Shown here piece by piece: positions 58,130 to 64,000 of a stretch of DNA of 64,000 nt. The translations under genes were made by a program, and so were the position numbers. Every line of letters starts with the position of its first letter. Position 1 is the first letter of the stretch. The notes under the pieces are model-generated. The model worked only from the letters and a program-made list of their open reading frames with translations, had not been told where the DNA came from and searched no databases. The stretch comes from a virus (taxonomy: Duplodnaviria; Caudoviricetes): the IMG/VR virus record IMGVR_UViG_3300044713_000064, positions 7,586 through 71,585 of that record. One strand, 5' to 3'.

Positions 58130-58558
58130 ATGGGCGTTATCACCGCATCCGATGTCGTGCTGACGCTGACGCAGGCGCTGCTCTATCCGACGCCGCAGCA
58201 ACTCCAAGGCTTTGCGGCGGATGACGTCTTCGACATCCCCGCGATCAAGTCGATCGAATCGACGATGGGCGTCGACGGCGTTTTGTCCGCCGGCTTTGTT
58301 TTCGTCGAAATCCCGTGGGACATCGTTCTGCAGGCGGATTCGGCCTCGAACGCGATATTCGATCGGATCTGGGGCCAGCAACAGGCCACGAAATCGACCT
58401 ATCAATTGTTCGGCTCGGTCAAAATTCCGGGCACGTCGACGAAGATCGCACTCAACGCCGGGTTCTTGAGTTCCTATAAGGCGCCATCGGCGAAGAAGGT
58501 CATGCAGCCCCGACGTTACCAGATGATCTTCCAGTCGATGGCGGTCGCGCCGGCATGA
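58130..58558 (+). CDS. Tail tube protein
   Basis: ITASD, LQGFAADD, MGVDGVLSAGFV, LQADSAS; follows the sheath gene. Confidence 0.85.
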   Translation: MGVITASDVVLTLTQALLYPTPQQLQGFAADDVFDIPAIKSIESTMGVDGVLSAGFVFVEIPWDIVLQADSASNAIFDRIWGQQQATKSTYQLFGSVKIPGTSTKIALNAGFLSSYKAPSAKKVMQPRRYQMIFQSMAVAPA

Positions 58559-58754
58559 CCGAGGCTTGCCCGCGCTGCGGCGATGCGTGGCATCATCCGC
58601 TGATCCAATGTCCGTACGTCAAGGCGGTCACATTCGCCGATGATGGGGTTCGGATCGTGCGGGTCGAGTTCCTGACGCCGTCGGATATGCCGCAGGTCCG
58701 CGGCGCACCCGGCGCCGATCAACCTGACGATTACCCCAAGCTCGGAAGGTCCTG

Positions 58755-59231
58755 ATGGCGAGACAGAGCCAATTGGTAACGGTCCCAAGTTTCCCCGGCA
58801 CCCGCAACCGGGACCTCGGCAAGTTGTTCCTGATCACCGAGTGGCCGGCCGCCCTCGCCGAGGAATGGGGTCTCCGGATGACCTTGGCGCTCAACAAGTC
58901 GTCGGGCTCTCTTCCGATGGATCTGGCCGGAATCGGAATGGAAGGGATCGCCATCCTCGGGATCAACACCTTCCTGCGCGGGAGCATGGAAGCGGCCGAA
59001 CTGATCCCGCTGCTGAACGAACTGCTCGAATGCGTCCGGATCATCCTGGACAAGAAAAACATGGAGGTTTCCCAGCCGATCACGTCGCCCGACGATATAG
59101 AGGAGGTCGCAACCCGCCTCTGGCTGAGAAGCGAGGTGATAAAACTCCACACAAATTTTTCACCGGCCGACGCCCTGTCGGCCTTGATCTCCTCGATTAT
59201 GACGAAGTCCCCGGCCTCCGCGAGTACGTGA
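58755..59231 (+). CDS. Tail assembly chaperone
   Basis: RDLGKLFLITEWPA..AEEW, PLLNELLECV, DDIEEVATRLWLRSEVIKLHTNF. Confidence 0.8.
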   Translation: MARQSQLVTVPSFPGTRNRDLGKLFLITEWPAALAEEWGLRMTLALNKSSGSLPMDLAGIGMEGIAILGINTFLRGSMEAAELIPLLNELLECVRIILDKKNMEVSQPITSPDDIEEVATRLWLRSEVIKLHTNFSPADALSALISSIMTKSPASAST

Positions 59232-59398
59232 ACGTTCCGCCGCGGATCGGCATGCTGCTTTCTCACGACAAATCGCTGATCGGTCCGCTAACTGAGACGC
59301 TCAGCCTCCGAGATATGTACGATCTCATTGAGGTGATCAGGATCGATGGCTACAATGATCGCATGATCGAGGCGCACCGTAAAAGGAGCCAGCGATAA
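59153..59398 (+). CDS. -1 frameshift extension of the tail chaperone
   Basis: Slippery A-AAT-TTT at 59153-59159; the -1 frame is open to 59398 (YVNVPPRIG...DMYDLIEVI), ending next to the tape-measure start. Confidence 0.7.
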   Translation, partial: KFFTGRRPVGLDLLDYDEVPGLREYVNVPPRIGMLLSHDKSLIGPLTETLSLRDMYDLIEVIRIDGYNDRMIEAHRKRSQR

Positions 59399-60985
59399 AT
59401 GGCTACTGTAATCGACCAGCTCGTTGTTGAATTTTCCTTAGATCCAAGGAAGTTCACAGAGGCTCAGCGCCAACTTTTGGACGCGTTCAAAAAGTCCCAA
59501 GATCGAGCGGATGAGTTCAGCAAGCGGATCGATGCGCAGGGAATGAAGATGACCGAAATCTTCAGCACCCTAAAAAAAGGAATCATGGGAACGATCGGAG
59601 CGTTCGGCGGCTATGAAGCGATGGCCATCATCAACCACCTCAACAACATGGATGCTGCGACGGGAAGGTGGGCGAAGACGATAGGAACAAATGTTCAGAA
59701 TTTGTCGACTTGGCAGGGCATGATCCGACAGGTCGGAGGATCGGCCGAAGAGGCGATGGCAACGATGTCGGCGCTGCAAGGGGCAATTAATAATGTCGTG
59801 GTCGGGAATGGCATGGTTGATAATAAGTTTGGTTTTCTGCTGAATCAAATAGGAGGATTGCAAGGGAAAAACGCAGATCAGATTCTTCGTCAACTTCAGG
59901 CTTATTTCACCGAACAGATCAGCGCTGGTCGAATGTCGCCGAGTATGGCGGCGACAGAAATGTCTTGGATCCCAGGCATGAATCAGAACATGATCAATGT
60001 CATGTTGTCCGACCTGAAAAAGTTGGAGGAGGCGGCTAGAGCGGCTGGACTTGCGACCAAACAGAGTGCTGATGAGGCGATTCGATATCAGGAAAGCTTG
60101 AACAAGCTCAGCCTTTCGGCGGAGGGTCTTGAGCGGGTATTAACCATTAAGCTGACTCCGTCGCTGACGACGTTTCTTGATCGAACGAAACAGATCATCC
60201 AAGAACTTAGTCAGGGGAAATTTATTTCTCCGGACAGTTGGCTTGGAAACTTTCTTCGAACGCACAGACCGCATTATGTCGGTCGTGGCGCGCACAGAGA
60301 TCCGGCGTCAGATATTCCGACATCCCCAACAACTCGACATTATGGTCGTGGAGCTCAGGGCACCCCTCCTTCTGAACTTCCAGCCACGACCGCGCCTGCT
60401 GCTACCGCGCCAGCGCCTTCTCCTGACGAATCAAATGCGCCAGGAGTGCGTTCGACCGCAGCAGATCGCGAGGCATGGATACGCAATTTTGCCGGCATGT
60501 TGGGCATTGATCCAGACACCGCTCTGCGGGTTTCTAGATCGGAGGGGTTCGGAAACTTTAAAAGCTCAATCCCAGGTGAGCAATCGTTCGGTGATTTTCA
60601 ATTGCATATTACCCCGAATGGCAAAGGAAATGCGGTAGGGGACGAATTTCTGAAGCAAACTGGACTTGATCCGACAGATCCGGCGAACGAAAAAGCCATG
60701 GACATGTTTGCTCTGAAATGGGCCGCAGCGCATGGTTGGGGAGACTTTCACGGAGCAGCTAACACTGGAATTGGTACTTGGCAGGGTATTGGCGCCCGCG
60801 GCGCGGCCGCAACGCGCGGTGGTGGCGGACGCCAATCCAGCAATACGACATCGACAGAGGTGAATATCGGTAGCATTGTCGTCAATGCCCCGAACGCAAC
60901 TGATGCTGACGGCATCGCGCGCGAGATCGGCCCGGCGATGAAGCGGTCGGCGATCACGTCCCCAGCAAATTCAGGGCTGGTGTGA
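59399..60985 (+). CDS. Tape measure protein with a C-terminal lysozyme-like domain
   Basis: MATVIDQLVVEFSLD start, helical body, GIDPDTALRVSRSEG...SFGDFQLH...GWGDFHGA, ATDADGIA C-terminus. Confidence 0.85.
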   Translation: MATVIDQLVVEFSLDPRKFTEAQRQLLDAFKKSQDRADEFSKRIDAQGMKMTEIFSTLKKGIMGTIGAFGGYEAMAIINHLNNMDAATGRWAKTIGTNVQNLSTWQGMIRQVGGSAEEAMATMSALQGAINNVVVGNGMVDNKFGFLLNQIGGLQGKNADQILRQLQAYFTEQISAGRMSPSMAATEMSWIPGMNQNMINVMLSDLKKLEEAARAAGLATKQSADEAIRYQESLNKLSLSAEGLERVLTIKLTPSLTTFLDRTKQIIQELSQGKFISPDSWLGNFLRTHRPHYVGRGAHRDPASDIPTSPTTRHYGRGAQGTPPSELPATTAPAATAPAPSPDESNAPGVRSTAADREAWIRNFAGMLGIDPDTALRVSRSEGFGNFKSSIPGEQSFGDFQLHITPNGKGNAVGDEFLKQTGLDPTDPANEKAMDMFALKWAAAHGWGDFHGAANTGIGTWQGIGARGAAATRGGGGRQSSNTTSTEVNIGSIVVNAPNATDADGIAREIGPAMKRSAITSPANSGLV

Positions 60986-60986
60986 C

Positions 60987-61607
60987 ATGGCAGATGTGCC
61001 GCAACTTCCCGGCGTGCCGGACCTCTCGAGCTACAGCGTTAGCGATATCGTGCTGCTGGCGGCCGACGTAGCGACGGCGATATTTGGCGGCTCGTTCGGG
61101 TCACCGTGGGGCATCTTCCTCGATGGCGAACAGGCATTCGAGTACAATTCCGTGGTCGATTTCGACTACAAGCAGGATTTCCCGGTATCGGACTATCAGC
61201 TCGAGGACGGCGGGTTTCAAAGCTACGACAAGGTTCAACTGCCGTTTGACGTTAAGGTCCGCGTGGCCTCCGGAGGTGCGGAATCCGATCGCGAGGCGCT
61301 TCTAACCTCGGTGCGCGCGGCCGCGAATACTCTCGATTTGTACGAGGTGGTTACCCCAGAGCAAACCTACGAAAGCTGCAACATCACGCATGTGGATTTC
61401 AAGCGCACGGCAACGAACGGCGTCGGCCTGATCGTGATCGACATCTGGTTCGTTGAGATCCGGGTCACATCGACGTCGACCTATTCGAACACGCAACAGC
61501 CGGCGGTGGCGGGTCAACAGAACACGGGCAGCGTGGCGCCGACAACTCCGTCGAGCTCAGTCACCCAGGGCCTGACGGACAGCAGCGGCAACTCATTGGT
61601 GCAATGA
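60987..61607 (+). CDS. Baseplate/Dit-like protein
   Basis: WGIF, VSDYQLEDGGFQSYDKVQLP, LYEVVTPE, FVEIR. Confidence 0.8.
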   Translation: MADVPQLPGVPDLSSYSVSDIVLLAADVATAIFGGSFGSPWGIFLDGEQAFEYNSVVDFDYKQDFPVSDYQLEDGGFQSYDKVQLPFDVKVRVASGGAESDREALLTSVRAAANTLDLYEVVTPEQTYESCNITHVDFKRTATNGVGLIVIDIWFVEIRVTSTSTYSNTQQPAVAGQQNTGSVAPTTPSSSVTQGLTDSSGNSLVQ

Positions 61608-61927
61608 TGTCCCAGGTCATCCCCGTCCAGCCGATCCCGAACCAAACCTTTCAGGTCCAGGTCGCGAATCAGCCGTGCGTAATCGAACTCCAGCAACTCG
61701 CCTACGGGATGTTTATGACCCTGTTCGTCGGCAATTCGTTGGTGGTCGGCGGCGTGATTTGCGAAAATCTCAATCGGATCGTGCGTGACGTCTATTTCGG
61801 ATTCGTCGGTGATTTTTGCTTTCTGGACACCCAGGGCGGCAGCAATCCATCCGATCCGGTGTTCACCGGCCTCGGAACCCGCTATCAATTGATCTATCTG
61901 GAGACGACCGACCTGCCTGGAGGCTGA
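61604..61927 (+). CDS. Baseplate plug-like protein
   Basis: IPVQPIPNQ, YFGFVGDFCFLDTQG..DPVFTGLGTRYQLIY. Confidence 0.8.
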   Translation: MMSQVIPVQPIPNQTFQVQVANQPCVIELQQLAYGMFMTLFVGNSLVVGGVICENLNRIVRDVYFGFVGDFCFLDTQGGSNPSDPVFTGLGTRYQLIYLETTDLPGG

Positions 61928-61930
61928 CAT

Positions 61931-62935
61931 ATGGTCATCATCACCGGCGGAACGACCGACACCTCAACGATCGCGCCTCAACCTCCATTCCAGGGCCAGC
62001 AGAGCTTCGTCCAGCGCCTGATCGAATTGACGATCTCGCTCCAGGCAAATCAGCAGACCAACCAACCGAATAAATTCGCCGGGACTGATTCCGATACGAT
62101 CACGCTATCGGGTTTCCGAACGTCGGTTCGAATCGAGAACAGCGGCGGCGTCGATTGTAGCGCCACCGTCTCGATTTATGGACTGACGCCGAACTTGGTC
62201 AACCAGCTTTCGACGCTCGGCATGATCTTCGATATGATCCAGAAAAATAGCATCACGATTTCCGCGGGCGACGCGCAGGCTGGGCTGACGCCGGTGTTCA
62301 CGGGTACGATTGCCTTCGCATTTCCGGACTTCAGCGGGATGCCGCAAGTAGCCATGCATTTCGAGTGCCGGACCGGGCTGATCGCCGGAACGGTGCCGAT
62401 CCCCGCCTCGAGCTTTCCGGGCTCGACCGACGTGGCAACAATCATGGCCGGATTTGCCCGGCAGATCCCGGCCCGATTCGAAAATAACGGCGTCACGATC
62501 CAACTTCCGTCGAGCTATTTCCCCGGGACGCTGCGGGATCAGATCCGGGAATGCGCCGAGCACGCGCATATCAACGCCGAAATCCTGCCTGGCAGCGGGG
62601 GACAGCAGGTCCTGGCGATCTGGCCGATCGGCAGCCAGCGCAACACCAACGGACCAGTCCCGCTGGTGTCGAAGGATACCGGCATGATCGGCGCGCCGAG
62701 CTTCGCGCCCAACGGCTATGCGGTCGTGAAATCGCTATTCAACCCACAGATCGCATTCGGCGGTGTCATCCACATCACCTCCGTCTCGGTCCCTCAGGCC
62801 AATCGAGACTGGGTGGTGCAGCGGCTATCGCTGGCGCTTGATTCATTGGTGCCGAAGGGACGCTGGGATGCGTCGATGATCTGCTATCCCAAGGGCTTCG
62901 CAGCGCCAGTCCCGCCGCAGGGAGGCGGGATGTGA
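61931..62935 (+). CDS. Baseplate hub protein
   Basis: IYGLT, ITISAGD, VFTGTI, FENNGV, VSKDTGMIGAP, LFNPQIAFGG. Confidence 0.8.
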   Translation: MVIITGGTTDTSTIAPQPPFQGQQSFVQRLIELTISLQANQQTNQPNKFAGTDSDTITLSGFRTSVRIENSGGVDCSATVSIYGLTPNLVNQLSTLGMIFDMIQKNSITISAGDAQAGLTPVFTGTIAFAFPDFSGMPQVAMHFECRTGLIAGTVPIPASSFPGSTDVATIMAGFARQIPARFENNGVTIQLPSSYFPGTLRDQIRECAEHAHINAEILPGSGGQQVLAIWPIGSQRNTNGPVPLVSKDTGMIGAPSFAPNGYAVVKSLFNPQIAFGGVIHITSVSVPQANRDWVVQRLSLALDSLVPKGRWDASMICYPKGFAAPVPPQGGGM

Positions 62936-63687
62936 GCGACACCACATTCGGCTATGGCCACGAAACCCCCAACGATTCGGGCTCCGACTATCGATCGGTG
63001 CTGTTCCTCGCGCGGCAGGTCGTCGCCAAGATCTCGACCATGACACCGGTGAAGGTGCTGGCGGTCACCGCAGGCGCGGGAACGCCGCCAGCGGCTGGCA
63101 CGGTGGACGTCCAGCCGCTCATTAGCCAGATTGACGGCAATGGCTATGGGACGCCCCACGGGACAGTGCATGGCATCCCATGGTCGCGGATCCAGGGCGG
63201 AAAAAACGCCATCATCTGCGACCCGGTGGTGGGGGATATCGGGTTTATCGTCGCGGCAAGCCGGGATATGTCCAAGGTCAAGAATACCAAGGCGGCGGCA
63301 TTGCCGGGCTCGCGGCGCCGGTACAACCTCGCGGATAGCGTCTATGTGGGCGCCATCCTGAACCCGGCCCCGACCTGCTACATCCAGTTCACAGCCGACG
63401 GTCATTTCAAGTTCGTCGACGTCGACGGAAATATGGTAGTCAGTTCCTCGACGGGATGGTCGATCACGCCGAAGTCCGGCCAGCCGGTGACCATCAACGG
63501 AGCGCTCGTGGTGACGAACAACCTTCAGCTCGGCGGGACGATCACAAGCGAGGCGGGCGGAACGTATTTCGGCAACATCGTTCTCACCGGTACGGTCACA
63601 GCGGCCGACGTCATTGCTGGGGGCAAGAGTGGCGCAACCCACGAGCACTCCGATCCGCAGGGCGGCACCACGGGACCGCCGATATGA
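62932..63687 (+). CDS. Baseplate central spike (Gp138 family)
   Basis: GTVDVQPL, RIQGGKNAIICDPVVGDIG, PGSRR, C-terminal THEH metal-binding tip. Confidence 0.88.
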   Translation: MSDTTFGYGHETPNDSGSDYRSVLFLARQVVAKISTMTPVKVLAVTAGAGTPPAAGTVDVQPLISQIDGNGYGTPHGTVHGIPWSRIQGGKNAIICDPVVGDIGFIVAASRDMSKVKNTKAAALPGSRRRYNLADSVYVGAILNPAPTCYIQFTADGHFKFVDVDGNMVVSSSTGWSITPKSGQPVTINGALVVTNNLQLGGTITSEAGGTYFGNIVLTGTVTAADVIAGGKSGATHEHSDPQGGTTGPPI

Positions 63688-64000
63688 GCGCTTCGACCAC
63701 CCTTTTGCTGGACAGAACAACCTGGGATCTCACGCTGGATGCTTCAGGGAACATCGCGGTCGCCAGCGAGCCATACTCCCTTGCGCAAGATGCCGCCTCG
63801 GCGATCAAGACATTCATCGGCGAATGCTATTTCGACACCACGATCGGCATCGATTACCTCGGCATCGTCTTCGGCGGCAATCCCTCCCTGGCGCAGATCA
63901 AGGGGCTGTTCGTTGGCGCCGCTCTGACGGTACCGGATGTCGGCTCCGCCATATGCTTCATCTCGTCGGTGAGCGGCCGATCGATTTCCGGCCAAATCCA
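63684..64000 (+). CDS. Baseplate wedge protein (3' partial)
   Basis: LLLDRTTWDLTLDASGNIAVASEPYSLAQDAASAIKTFIGECYFDTTIGIDY; ATGA-coupled; runs off the window. Confidence 0.8.
   Translation, partial: MSASTTLLLDRTTWDLTLDASGNIAVASEPYSLAQDAASAIKTFIGECYFDTTIGIDYLGIVFGGNPSLAQIKGLFVGAALTVPDVGSAICFISSVSGRSISGQI

Noticed and set aside
1-64000. Integrase/att site, reverse transcriptase or diversity-generating retroelement, stop-codon reassignment
   Set aside because: I found no recombinase or RT motifs and no template/variable repeat pair. Core genes are intact in the standard code; the one premature TAG is explained by the HNH insertion.

Overview
This window holds about 64 kb of a GC-rich, circularly permuted tailed-phage genome with a contractile tail (DUF1073 portal, MuF, DUF2213, DUF2184 capsid, DUF3383 sheath, Gp138 spike). 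The host is probably an alphaproteobacterium of the Bradyrhizobium/Rhizobiales type; this is inferred from the Omp25/RopB-like gene and other host-like genes. Gene order is: end of a C1q-like tail-fibre gene, lysis and membrane module (0.5-5.9 kb), leftward early/recombination arm (6-18.8 kb; ERF, YqaJ, HIRAN, DUF5131, two HNH genes), divergent switch with a Cro-like gene, rightward replication/modification arm (RusA, two DNA methyltransferases, PAPS-reductase family, iteron-bearing replication gene), packaging, head and tail genes up to the baseplate. No integrase or CI-like repressor is visible. The most notable observations are: (1) solitary, shortened type I-C CRISPR-repeat mimics directly behind the cro-like and major capsid genes, one laid out as a full crRNA mimic; (2) a four-gene cassette of signal-peptide proteins, including a GH5 endoglucanase, inside the neck module; (3) an HNH-AP2 endonuclease that truncates the endolysin and supplies a recoded replacement 5' end; (4) a recurrent A-x-D motif at domain borders of head proteins that carry cargo domains; (5) one ~70-aa module inserted into four different virion proteins; (6) an AUC start codon, a genome-wide 16-bp operator and structured non-coding segments. 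All family calls come from motif recognition by eye, not from database searches.
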